Assembly: GCF_018350175.1 (NCBI RefSeq)
Contig: NC_058373.1
Coordinates: 118,050,001-118,114,000 of the forward strand
Source of the DNA: Felis catus
Lineage: Eukaryota
Length of the DNA: 64,000 bases
Direction of reading: 5' to 3'
A program made the translations under genes and the position numbers. Below the pieces are notes generated by a model. It ran no database searches. It was not told where the DNA came from and saw nothing but the letters and a program-made list of their open reading frames with translations. Shown here one piece after another: positions 14,161-27,500 of this stretch; the first letter of the stretch is position 1; every line of letters begins with the position of its first letter.

Positions 14161-16731
14161 TTTTTTAAGTGTTGGTTAAAATTCACCCATCCCATAATTC
14201 CTCTGTTTACAGTTTAAAGAACATTGTAATTCTTTAAAAAGTCAGGACAGGAGAGGGGCACCTGGGTGGCTCAGTCGGTTAAGTGTCCGACTTCAGCTCA
14301 GGTCATGATCTCACAGTTCGTGGGTTCAAGCCCCACGTCGGGTTCTGGGCTGACAGCTCAGAGCCTGGAGCCTGCTTCAGATTCTGTGTCTCCCTCTCTC
14401 TCTCCTGCTCAATGCTCTGTCTCTGTCTCTCAAAAATAAATAAATGTTAAAAAAAAAAAAGTCAGGGCAGGAGAGAAGAGACCCAGTGCCAGTGAGATCC
14501 CAGACTGGACCCCCAGAAAGATGGGATTCCTACTCTCAGAATACAGAATCCCAGTGCCAAAGTTCCTAATCTAAATAAGCCATGTTCTGCTCCAGCAAGG
14601 AGTGATAAACCTTTACACCCAGTATCCTTTAGCCATAAGAGAAAACACACCTTCCTGATTCTTAAGAGTCTGCTGGTTTGACAAAGAGCAATTAGAGAAA
14701 TATATTCAGGCCATGGGTGTGATAATATGAGCCCTCATTTCCCATAACCTCATCAAGACAGTAAACTACTCATGATCCTATTAATAACATCACTATTGTT
14801 ACATTATTAACAGCCTTAACGTTAATGGCAATGCTAATAATTTACTGAATGCCTACTGCAATGACAGTGCCCTTAACTAGATCCATGAGGGCAGAACCAT
14901 ATCTATCCTATGTTTTCATCCCTAGTGTTTGGGATACAACCTGGAACATAGGAGAGGCTCAATATCTAGCTACTGAATGAATAAATGAATGAATGAATGT
15001 CATGCATGTTGCTAGGTACCTTAATCACTTTTCTCCACCCTATATCCTCCATAGGGCTTAACACACAGCAGCATTCGATACACCTGGTGATGGGCTCACT
15101 GACCTCCCAGACAACTGGGAGGAACAAAAAGTTACATGGAACAGCCCGTTTGGGACTGGGGTCACTCACTGGTTCCAAACTGCTAGGTCAGCCACAAGAG
15201 AAAGAGACAACAAAAGCTCCATAAAGCTCTACTGGCAAAGAGTCAGGTAAGGTCGGAGTGGTTGGCTCGAGAGCCAACACCTTCCAAACAGTCCTGGGGA
15301 AGAAGACTAGGCCTAGGGATTTCCTCCCCGGAAAGTCTACTCTGTTGTGACTCTGTTAGCCCACAGAGCAATGGTTCTCTGCGATACATACGGTGGGCAC
15401 CTGAAAAGGGGGCATGTGGGAGCCTTTAAGTACACAATTAAGTGCCTCAGGATTTATGTTAGTATCCACCAAGTGATGTACATAATATATATAAACAAAC
15501 AACACATTTGGGATGAAAATAAAGCACTCCCTGTCAGCACGAGGGGGTATGATTTTGACACCCAGTGTCCCGGGGAATGTTAAACACACACGTTCCTGTG
15601 TTGGGCCTATGCATCTGAGTTCAATGCAAAGAATTCCAGGAGCTCAAAGCCCTAGGCTGGTTTCTCTACTGATAAGCCTTGGATAATCATTTAACATGGA
15701 CTGATTGTGGGGTTGTTGTTTTTTTTTTCCACATGTAAAGGGAGGACATAGTCATCTTTGCCCTCCCAGACTGGGTAGTGGTTGCTAGTCAAATAAATAG
15801 GTAAAGTGAGAAAATGCCTCGTAAACTGAAACCATAGTTCATTTTTCCTTCTTCTGCCGTCCATGTTATTTCGCTCCCTGTTCTACTACTCAAATCATCC
15901 TAATCTGTGGCCGGTTTCCCCTGAGCTAGAAAGGAGAGAACAGCCTAGACAGCAGCAAGACTGATTTTCAGTCAGGGGGGGAAACGGTAAAGAACAGATA
16001 AGAAGATTCCCTTTCATGACGGAAGGAAGGGGCCAGAAGGAAACAAGGCGCTTGCTCTACTCGTTCTGCCAGTTTGCAATCAATGACCCCACTCTGCTCT
16101 ACTCCTGGAGTGAAAGAAGAGGCCTGCCTCCCAGCGAGCCATGCCAGAGCCGGCCACCCCACCCAGCTCCACATGTCTGCAATGCTCCTCGGCCCTTACA
16201 CAACAGCAAGAGCACTGCACCAAAGCTTCCCCTCCCCAACTTCTGCCTTCTGCTCTTCCCCCGAGCTCTTGGACAGAAACTCCCAAATTCCACTCCTGGC
16301 TTTGCGGCTGAGTGGCCTTGGAAAAGCTACTTCGCTACCAAGGCCTCAGGGAAAGGAGATACTAACACTCCATACCCACCAGGGATACTGAGAGGGCTAA
16401 GGGAGATAAAGCAGGTAAAGGGCGCAGCACATCGCCTGGCACACGGTAAGCACTCGATAAATATTACCCATGATTATTTCAAGACCAGTTCATTGTGAAA
16501 ACATCCAGGGACACAGCAGTGGCAACTGGGCTTGCACTAGCTTGTTGCCCAGTTGTTCATTCAGAGACTAAATCAGCAATGTGGTGAGATCTAAACGGAG
16601 TCTACGTAAAAATGAAACATCTCCGGGCCCCTGCCTGGCTCAGTCAGTAGTAGAGAATGAGACTCTCAATCTCATGGTTGTAGGTTCAAGCCTCACACTG
16701 GTGTAGAGATTACTTTAAAAATAAATAAACA

Positions 16732-16976
16732 GGGGCGCCTGGGTGGCGCAGTCGGTTAAGCGTCCGACTTCAGCCAGGTCACGATCTCGCGGTCTGTGAG
16801 TTTGAGCCCCACGTCAGGCTCTGGGCTGATGGCTCAGAGCCTGGAGCCTGTTTCCGATTCTGTGTCTCCCTCTCTCTCTGCCCCTCCCCCGTTCATGCTC
16901 TGTCTCTCTCTGTCCCAAAAATAAATAAAAACGTTGAAAAAAAAATTTTTTTTTAAATAAATAAATAAATAAACAG
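16732..16976 (+). mobile_element. Young felid CanSINE nested in a triple-SINE stack
   Basis: Diagnostic head GGGGCGCCTGGGTGGCGCAGTCGGTTAAGCGTCCGACTTCAGCCAGGTCACG; TSD aaataaataaacag. Confidence 0.9.
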
Positions 16977-17205
16977 AGGGGCCTGGGTGACTCAGTCGGT
17001 GAAGCTTCTGACTTCGGCTCTGGTCATGATCTCCTGGTTTGTGGGTTCGAGCCCCACGTTGGGCTCTGTGCTGACAGCTCAGAGTCTGGAGCCTGCTTTG
17101 GATTCTGTGTCTCCCTCTCTCTCTGCTCCTCCCCCACTTGTGCTCTGTCTCTCTTTCAAAAATAAATAATAAACATTAAAAAAATTTTTAATAAATAAAA
17201 TCTTG

Positions 17206-17255
17206 AAGGAAGGAAGGAAGGAAGGAAGGAAGGAAGGAAGGAAGGAAGGAAGGAA
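17206..17255 (+). repeat. (GGAA)n microsatellite at a SINE tail
   Basis: About 12 perfect GGAA units. Confidence 0.95.
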
Positions 17256-20200
17256 AGAAGCTCCCTGACTCCTTTCCTCTCCCTCTCATCAAAACAACGT
17301 ATTAGTAATACTGGCTCTTAGTACTTACTTTTAGTAAAGTGATTATCTAACATCATCAGTTCTTAAGAAACCAAAGAGTATACCTCTCTCTCACTCACAA
17401 AGCTTTTCGCTCTGTATAGGGTTCCAAACAGAGTTTCTAAAATGAAACATAACAATAACTCAGTGATCTCCACTGTTCCAGTTTAGAATTTAGAGCAGTT
17501 TATGACAGTGAAAAGTGTCCAGCAGTCACCCTCTGTCCCAAGCAGGCAGTGAGAATGATGACAATCTCCGTCAAGAAATTTCTGCTTAGCCCCTAGAGAA
17601 TCATTCTAGAAAGAATAACCACATAAGCTTTGTTCTGAGGGAAAACAGCTTTGTCCCCTGCAAAGGGAAAAGCAAAAGATAGAGAAGGAACTGAAAGAGC
17701 CTGGAAGGAGGAAAGTTCAACAGAGCACAGAAGTGAAATCCCAAAGGCATCAGAAAAAAACTAGAGGAAAGTAGCTAAGCACTGAGGTCCTTTCAGTTCT
17801 GGCCTTAAGAGAAAAAAAGGAAAAAAAAGAAAAAAGAAAAAAAAAAAATCTGTGCCAACTAAAATCATACAGTCCTTTACATTTTTATAAAGGTGTCCCC
17901 TGTGGCTGAGAGCAAAACCCAGCTCCCTCCCCAGAGTCACAGAAAGAGCTAAGAGAAGGCTGGTTGCGCCTACCAACCCCTCACAGCCCAATGCTTACAA
18001 CAGATCCCACCTCTGAACCAACAAAGATGATTTTATGCCTCCCCGCTGAGATTCTAAAACTAGCCTCGGTCCATAGTTCCTGCCAAAGGGAACTTCCTAC
18101 TAATTACTTCTACGTGTTGGTCTCTGATTTATCTTCCTTTTCATTCCATTTTTAGCTGGGTTCAGAGGAAGAGACAGAACCCAAAGAAACCAAACCAGAT
18201 TGTCACTCTTACCAGAACTGAGACCGCTATCCCAAAAGGAAACTAGAACTTTTTTCAACAAACGAGAAAAACGTACATTATCAAGCTTCATCTAGTGCCT
18301 GGCACTAACCTGATGACGTTAGATATACAGCACAGGTATACAACTTGGGTAACATCTTCCTTCTCCCGGGGAGGTAAAGAAGAAGTGGAAGGTGAGGGAA
18401 CTCTTCCTAGAAAAATCCAGAGCCACTTTCATCATGTTGAAAAGAGCCTCCAGGTCGTGATTTAAGTCAATGATCTAATTTTCACACAAGATTTTACCTA
18501 AACAATGTCAAACAGACCAGCACTGATCTATTTTTACAATCCAAATGACAAGGATGTTCCATTCCAGTAATAAACTCCTATGCCAGAAAATTCTAGTAAA
18601 CCTGTCTCTCCAACCTTGCAAGTCTAGAAAGTTTCCTTTCATTGTATTCTAAAAGGAGTGTGTAACTTTGTGTTTATCCATGTATGTGTCCATAGGGTTT
18701 CATAAAAAACTCAATTGTTTCTCAATCAAATGTTTTCTTAAGACCACTGAAGTCATGAGATTGGCCTCACAAACACACTGAGCACATTTGGTAAGGGCAA
18801 AGATCACTTTCTTCCACTCCAGTGTCCCCAAAGCATTCCATTACTTGAGAGGTCAGGAATTCTCCCCCCTTGTCTTAGAACTACCAGAAGTACTTCTGAC
18901 ACACAGCCTCCCGGAATCTGCCTGCAGCTCTTCTCCTACTCCAGCAAGAAAGAGAATGTTTGTATGCAGAAATGATCCACAAAGTGAATTCTTTAAAGAG
19001 GGTCATTTTTAGCTCCATGATCAGTTGGTTTCTTTGACCTCCACCCAACTCACTCTGTTCAGCTATCCCTCTATATCTGAACAAAAAGCTTTCTAAAACA
19101 AAGCTGAATTCTGAGGACAGACAGGAAATACCGAGTCATCCTCAAGACCCACATCACCCTAAGAGGATCTTTCAAGGAACTTCCAGATGGCATACACAGC
19201 CCCCCTCTTAAGTGGCATGGCATACCCGTATTTGGCCAGCTATAAAACAGACATAAGCTCCGACAAAGGCTCTGGGACTTAGCAATAAAAGCGCCAGGCC
19301 AGAAAGAAGACAAGAGAGCTAGCTAGGTCCACCTCTACTTGGATCAGATCATGGGCAATTTCACTCACTCAACTCTTCTCTTGCTCAAAGCCTCCTCCAT
19401 TCCCCACCCATCATCTCTTTTAACATTTTTCCATTCTTCCTGGTTCTGAACTTCCCAACTATAAGGTACCATGCTGGCCAGGGTCTGATCTGTGTTGTTC
19501 ACCACTGTAGCCCTAGCCCAGGGTCTGATACATAATAGGGAATCAACATATATTTGTTAAATGAGTGAATATCTAAATGCTACATTCTCTCCAGGAATAG
19601 TTTTACCGTTAAGGATTCAACCAACCTGCTTATATACCACTTGCTGATTTTTTCTTTCTAACTGAAAAATTTTTTTTAATTTTTTAATGATTTATTTATT
19701 TTTGAGAGAAAGAGAGAGTGAGCAAGCGGGGAAGGGGCAGAAAGACAGAGAGGGAGACAGAGAATCTGAAGCAGGCTCCGAGCCGTCAGCACAGAGCCCG
19801 ACACGGGGCTCACACTCATAAACCATGGAATCATGACCTGAGCCGATGTCAGAGGCTTAACCAGCTAAGCCACCCAGGAGCCCCTCCACTTGCTGATTTT
19901 TTTTTTTAACGTTTTTTATTTATTTTTGAGACAGAGAGAGACAGAGCATGAACGGGGGAGGGGCAGACAGAGAGGGAGACACAGAATCGGAAGCAGGCTC
20001 CAGGCTCTGAGCCATCAGCCCAGAGCCCGACGCGGGGCTGCAGACCACAAGATTGTGACCTGAGTTGAAGTCGGACGCTTAACCGACAGAGCCACCCAGG
20101 CGCCCCATCCACTTGCTGATTTTAGAATAACCTTAAAGAATTTAACTTCCCTGGGCCTCAGTTTTCTCACCTGTAAAATGGGGTTAACAACACAATCTAC

Positions 20201-22392
20201 TTCAAAAATTGCTGTGAGGATTAAATGAGATAATTGCACATCAAGCACTTTGCACATTGGAATCATGCAGTAAATGCCAGAAAAGAGTTGACTGCCATAT
20301 TGCTGTATTTATACTGGTTTGCTTCTAGGCCACAGTCATTACCACCACCACAGAATTTCATTCCATTATCCCAAGTAAAAACCCTTCCATGGGAAGGTTT
20401 CCAATACACAGCTCATTAAAAAATTAGAGATACTGGAAGAAGATGCTTACTCAATATTTACTGTTCCCTCCCTCAAAAGGATGTATCTTTTCAATTAAAA
20501 AAAAAAAAAAAAAGCTGTTCTGAGGTTGAATACATACATTATGCAGAAGATGGCATAACATTTTCAAAAGAACGACGTGCCATGATTCCAAGAATTATTA
20601 CTATACCATAGACTCCCTAAAAATGTTCTTCTCATCCCTTATGTCAAAAATCTTAATAGATGACATGGCATTCAAGGCGATCTTTGGTGTCTGAGGTGGA
20701 GACCGAAAGGGCCTGCTCTTTTTTTTTTTAATTTTTTTACTGTTTATTTATTTTTGACAGAGAGAGAGAGACAGAGCATGAGTGGGGGAAGGGTAGAGAG
20801 AGAGGGAAACACAGAATCTGAAACAGGCTCCAGGATCCAAGCTGTCAGCACAGAGCCTGACGCAGGGCTTGAACTCACGGACAGCAAATCCATGAACTGA
20901 GCTGAAGTCGGATGTTCAACCAACTGAGCCACCCAGGCGCCCCACGAAAGGGGCTGCTTTCTACGCCATATCGAATGTGACAGTGGAGCCCTGGTGAAGT
21001 AACAACATGGCATATAACTACTTAAAGTCAACAAAGTAACCCCCCCAGCAGTATTCTCCTCCTCTGAATTTCCATAATATCCTCTCTATACCACTCAGAC
21101 TTCATCCATCTTATTTCCACGTATTTGTCTTCTGTTACCACTGGAATGTCCTCTCCCCAAGGGCAAGCTCAGTATCTGAGTGCTGCTTGCAATTATCCTC
21201 AGTGGTCAGCACACAGTAGGCACTCATTAAATGTTCATTGAATTAATGATTAAATTGATTTATTCTCATTAATGCATTTCATTCATTCAACAGATATTGA
21301 GTACCTACGATATGCCAAACACTGGTTTAGATGCTGATGAACAGAAGAGGCAAAAATCACTGCCCAATGAAAATGGTTTTGTTTTGTCTTTTAATGTTAC
21401 AAAAGTGACTGTGGTGATGATTGTACATATACACGAACGTACTAAAAGCCAAGGAACTGTATACTTTTTTTTTTTTTTTTAGTTTTGAGAGAAAGGGAAT
21501 GTACACACAGGCTGGGGAGGGGCAGAGAGAGAGAGAATCCCAAGCAGGCTCCACACTGTTAGCACACAGCCAGATGCAGGGCTCAAACCCATAGACCGTG
21601 ATATTCTGACCTGATGAAGTCAAATGCTTAACCAACTGAGCCACCCAGGTGCCCCTGAACTGTATATTTTAAATTTTTTTTTTAATGTTTATTTTTTTGA
21701 GAGAGAGAAAGACAGAGTGTGAGCAGGGGAGGGGCAGAGAGAAAGGGAAACACAGAATCCGAAGCAGGCTCCAGGCTCTAAGCTGTCAGCACAGAGCCCG
21801 ACGTGGGGCTCGAACCCACGAACCATGAGATCATGACCTGAGCCAAAGTCGGATGCTTAACTGACTGAGCCACTCAGGTGCCCCTGAACTGTATACTTTA
21901 AATGGGTGAATTGTACAGTATGTGAATCATATCCCAATAAAATTGTTTTTTAAAAAAGTAAATCCAACACTGAAAAGAACTGAGATACTAGTGGACTTCT
22001 TGTATTGCAAAATTAAGATAAAATTCTATACTTTTCTGTAGTTCTGTATTCAGTATTTTAACATGCAGAATCTGTTGTTTTATAATTGGAAAATTAAAAA
22101 AAATTAAATTAAAATTTAAAATTAAAAAAAAAATCACTACCCTCTGCTATGGACTGTTCAACAGGTAAAGGGTTTTCATTTGGGATGATGAAAATTTTTT
22201 AGAACTAGACAGAGTAGGGGCGCCTGGGTAGCTCAGTCAGTTGAGCATCTGACTTCAGCTCAGATCACAATCTCTCAGTTCGTGAGTTCAGGCCTGGCAT
22301 CGGGCTCTGTGCTGACAGCTCAAAGCCTAGAGCCTTCTTCGGATTCTGTGTCTCCCTCTCTCTCTCTCTGCACCTTCCCCACTCGCACTCTA

Positions 22393-22439
<47 letters not shown>

Positions 22440-23599
22440 AATAAATAAATAAACATTAAAAAAAAAAAAACTAGACAGAGTAGGGGATGCACAAAACTTA
22501 ACTGTTCACTTCTCCATGGTTAATTTTGTGTGATGTGAATTACATCTCAATAAAAATAAATAAATGCCCTCATGGAGCTTACACTCTAATGGGGAGAGGA
22601 CCATATTCAAACAATTAAAATATACAGCACACACACCAAAAAACAAGTCATTGGATTAACGAACTGTGGTGAATCCATGCAATGGAACACTACTCAGCAA
22701 TAAAAAGAAAAGAACTGAGACAGGCAAGATGAATGACCCTCCCTCCATAACATTACGGTGAGTGAATGAGCCAGCACAAAACAGCACTGCATGATTCTAT
22801 TCATAAGAAACTCTAGAAAAACCAAACCTAAAGTGATAGAGAACAGATCAGTGACTGCTGGAGAACCGTCGTGGCAGATGGAAATGTTCTGTATCTCGGT
22901 GGTGGTGGCAGTGGTGGTGGTGGTGGTGGTTATACACGTGCACGTGCATTTGTCAAAACTCATAAAAACGTACACTTAAAATGTGTATATTACATCATAC
23001 GTAAACTATATCACAATAGGGCTGATTTTTTTTGAAGTTTATTTATTTAAAAAAAAATTTTTTTTTTTTACATTTATTTGTTTTTGAGAGACAGAGAGAG
23101 ACAGAGCTTGAGCAGGGGAGAGGCAGAGAGAGACGGAGACACAGAATCGGAAGCAGGCTCCAGGCTCTGAGCTGTCAGCACAAAGCCCGACGCGAGGCTC
23201 AAACCCACAAACCGTGAGATCATGACCTGAGCCGAAGTCAGAGACACTTAATCGAATGAGCCACCCAGGTGCCCCTAGAGCTGATTTTTTAAAGTATACA
23301 TTATGTCAAATGGTGGTAAGTGGTATGAAAAGAAATCAGGAGAGACTAACAGTACAAGGCCAGGGCAGGAGTTGCTCTTTGAAATATGGTGTTTAAAGAA
23401 GTTGCACTGTGAAGCAAAACCTCTTTAGGTCAATCCTTTTAAAAACAATGTAATGAACACAATTTTCTGTGGTAACAAAAGGAAGAGAAATGTCACGAAC
23501 AATCCAAAACAGTACATAAGCCTAAAATCATTTCTATTTAGTTCCAGAAAGAAACTTTTCTCCCCTGGCAATAGCAGACTTAACTTCTTAATTCATGAA

Positions 23600-23765
23600 G
23601 GCAGGTTGGGGGAGTTAGGGAGGAGGAAAGAGAGGAGAGAGGGAGAGAAAGATGAGGGAAGGGAAGAGAGGAGGAACTAATGAAGGGAGGGTGGGAAGGG
23701 AGAAAAAGAGAGAGGGAGGAAACAGGGAAGGAAAGAGAAGACAGAGAAGAGACAAAAAGAAAAAC
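23600..23765 (+). repeat. Purine-rich (GA) low-complexity tract
   Basis: About 165 nt almost exclusively A/G. Confidence 0.85.
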
Positions 23766-26700
23766 CGGCAAGCAGGCTGTCTGCCTGTCCATCTGTCCAA
23801 CAGTCATAGTCCAGATCTAAATAACAGAGTTGACTGAGAGAGACGTGGGGGAAAAACAATAGTGCACCCTGTGACCTATGATTGCATGGTCACCAGGCAT
23901 GACAAGAGAGGGTACAAAAAGAATTATGGGATCCTCAGACAGCCTCTGCTCACAGACAAGTACAAAAGAGAAATAAAAGCTTTCCTGGGAATGAAGATCT
24001 CTGTCATCTGCAACCCCCCACACCCGCCCAGTCTCACTTAACCTCTCAATTTTCATTTTAAAACATTTTTCATAGAGATTACTTAAACAAATAAGGCACA
24101 TAATTGACACTCAATAAATGTTTATGACTGTTGCTGAGTGATACAGATAAAGCGAATTTGGCTCTTTTAAAGAAAAGGCTATGAGAGATTACAAAAAACA
24201 GTTTAGCCATTTGGATTGACATTCACCAGGCAGAAAGAACTGAGCTAGAAAGCAGAGGAATTTCTAGAATACTCTATGCTGAAATGCTCAAGATTATGTT
24301 GTCTCTTAACTTGAATTTAGGATGTCTGTGTCTATATGCAGGAACCAGGCTCTGTCAGTTTTTTTCAAGCATTCTAATATTTAGAGTCAAATTCTCTGGG
24401 AAACACAGTAATAATTCAGTCTCAAATAGAAGGAAATCAAGAAGGGGAAAAAAAATTTTTTTCAAAAGCTACCAGAAAGTAGAATCATCCTCCAGTCAAG
24501 TCAAGCCAGAGGTCAGGTGCTTTTGCACACCTACTTCTCTAACCCAAGAATTCCAGCCACCACCAAGCTGACCACAAAAACCAGTCAAAGAAACCCTCTT
24601 AACTGCTGGCCAGAAGCCATTGGAAAAATGGGAAAATGAACAAAACAGCGTCCCAGGAAACATCCATGCTCTCCTGCCTCCAAAAGCTCTTCTGTATCCC
24701 TTCTCATAGGCCCTCCCAATTCTTCTTGCCTGGAACTTTCTATATCCTTGTTTTCTTTCCCTTCTTCATCAATACATTTAGCAATTCTAACCTCAGAAAC
24801 AGTCTCAAAGCAGGCACGACCATCCCCCTCCCCAGGAAAATTCAACCAGCTGTCTGAAGCACTTCCTTGCTACACAATCTCCAGGATAAACTCAGGGATA
24901 CTATCGCCAGGAGATACATCCACAGGAAAAACATATAAGGTCAACTTAATATGAAATCTGCCTGTTATATTGACCTTGGCTCAAAAAGTCAAATGTTTGC
25001 CTAATTCCAGAAAAATCAATCACTTCAAGGAAATAACAGACCAGAAGAAACAGATTCACACAAACTGGAGCTAACTTGAAATAGTTAAAGACAGGTTCCC
25101 TGAAAAGCTGATTCATAGTGGTTTTGATGGCTTCTGTGGGTCAAATTTTAAAAAGCCCTATACTAAACAAAATAGCCTCCCAAGTTAAATGCTGGGACCC
25201 CGTTACAACTGAATGAGTCCAAGACTGAGAAAGCTCAAAAGATGCCAAGCAGAAACAGAAAGCACATCATAGGGGCCCTTTCCTCCTTCTGTTTGTCTGA
25301 GTCATCCTCAACCGTGCATTTCCCAGTAATTCTACACAATGCTTTCCCTCTACTACTATTACCAAGCAAAAGGGGCTTTTTTCACTTGGGTTTCTGAGAG
25401 TAAAGAGCAGTGATGGGGGAGGGAGCCTGTGCTACTCAATTACTGCTTATGATTGTGACAGTCAGCTCCTAAGCAGATCTGTTATTTTCTCATATGGCAC
25501 CCAAGGATTAATATTGTAGCACATATATTCAAGTACCGACCAGAACTTGCCAAAGGGCCAACCAGCCACAGCATCAAAATTAGTCCTTACTTTGTAATGG
25601 TTTGGCCATCTGCAGAGCAAAAATGGGGAAGTTCCACAAATTAGATCGATTCCCCTGGCTCACGAACTGGTGGCCAGAATTGAGTCCTCAGGTGTTTCTG
25701 CCAGCCTATCTGAAAGCTGACCCAAGCCCCAGCAAGGTACCCTATAAACCGGGAAACAGAGGACAGGGCCACAAGGGTCTCTAGCAGATGAAGTCCAAGA
25801 AGGAGCACAAAAGTGGAGCAGACCAGCACAGCCAGCTTATGGTCAAGGATTCCCATACAGTATGAAAACATCCTCTGCTATTTTCCATTCCAGAATCTCA
25901 CAAGAATAATGTCTCTTTTAGCCAATTAAAAAAAAAAAAAAAAAAAAGCCAAGTCCCAGTATTTTGAGCCACACTATTCTGGGATTGTAAACAAGTGAAG
26001 CAGCCAAACAACGTGATGGGTCTTCTTAAAGGAACGGTCTCCGAAGAGAGGAAGTCTACCACTGTGCTGAAGAAGGAATGAAGAGGGCTCACTGTGGCCT
26101 TCCACTTCAGAGTGGGTCCAGACTGCGTATCTCTGAGTCAAGGAAGACCTGCCCCAGTGAACACTTTCTTAGCTTCTCACTGACCGCTCCTGGGTCACCA
26201 GGCTTCCTTATCACCTTGTATGCTCAGCATGAGGGGACCTAACTTGAAGAGTCTTTGGCACAAAAAGCTCCTTGGCTCTCCTAATGTCCCACTCGGGGGT
26301 CAGTCAGCACAAAGGGACAACAAGTGAAATTTCTCATCAGTTTGTTGCTCTACTTTCTTGGAAAGAAGACAGTCACAGGAAGTTTGTGGAAAAGGGACAA
26401 AGAAGAGAATGGGGTGGTTATTCACACAGGATGTCTGAATCCCTCACAAGACGCAACAGATAGGAAAATACCATCCTCTTCTTCCACTAAGAACTCCCAT
26501 TGTTAGAACTTTATTCTTCTAACCTTTGAGTTGTTTGAGAAGGGTGTTGTCTCTAAGTTCAAGAGCTTGGGGATTGATTTGTCAGTGTGAATCGTTTACT
26601 TATTATGGACTCTAAATAATGGACCTGAAAGTCCTCTGGTTTTCCTAGCATAGTTCTACTGAGGCCTAGAAAAATCAAGGACAACACAGAAGAAAATCTA

Positions 26701-26890
26701 ACCATTTCATGAGAGAGGTTGCAAGTATGCCAAAAGAAAATACTGATTTCAGCTAGATTACTTCTGGGGAGCAAACAGAACCAAGAGAGGGAGGAAAAAC
26801 TAGTGTATGTGTTAAATTTTTGTCCCTGATACGTTTTCCACGTCACCAGAATGCAGATCTCCTATTAGACCAAACCTGCATCCTTTAGAT

Positions 26891-27115
26891 CAGTTTCTCA
26901 ATTGCAGCACAACTGACATTTTGTACCAGATCACTATTTGGGGGGGGGGGGGGGGGGGGGGGTGGCTACCCTATGTATTGTAAGATATTTACCAACACCC
27001 TGGCCTCTACCCATTAGCCAGTGGCACATGCCCCAATCATGACAACCAAAGATGTCTCTCAACATTACCACATGACTGCAGGGAGAGCAAAATCACTCCC
27101 CGTTGAGAACCACTG
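26891..27115 (-). mobile_element. MER20 (hAT-Charlie) DNA transposon with internal G23 run
   Basis: Minus strand starts CAGTGGTTCTCAAC and ends TTGAGAAACTG (terminal inverted repeats). Internal ttggttgtca..gggtagaggccaggg matches MER20. Confidence 0.85.
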
Positions 27116-27329
27116 AGTTAAATAAAACCAAATGACACTAATTTAACTCTTCGTTGTATGAACTGGGTTCTTAAAGTCTTTTAGTTTTAACAAATCAATA
27201 AAATCCAGGGTGTGATCTGCACAAACCAAATGCCAAGGAGTCACCACTGAGGGTGGTCATTCCTCACTCTCTACTCTATAACAGCATTCCTGTTTTATAT
27301 CCAAACTTAGTCTCAAATCCATCAATGTC

Positions 27330-27500
27330 TTTTTTTTAATATTTACCAGTTTATTAAAGGATATGATAAAAGATACAAATCTACAGCCAGATGGAGAGAT
27401 GCATTGGGAAAGGTATGGGGAAAACACGAGGAGCTTCCATGCCCCCTCCATACATACAACTCGCCCCAGTGTCCATGTGTTCACCAACCCAGAAGCTCTC
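27330..27500. mobile_element. MER21-like LTR fragment inside L2 sequence
   Basis: cagccagatggagagatgcat...gagcttccatgcc...catgtgttcaccaacccagaagctc motif. Confidence 0.6.

Noticed and set aside
16016..16498. 160-aa + strand ORF in ZFYVE1 intron 2
   Set aside because: The 3' half is MIR-derived; no recognisable protein or splice support.
26940..26962. G23 homopolymer
   Set aside because: Slippage expansion of a short C/G run inside MER20; length may be unreliable in the assembly.
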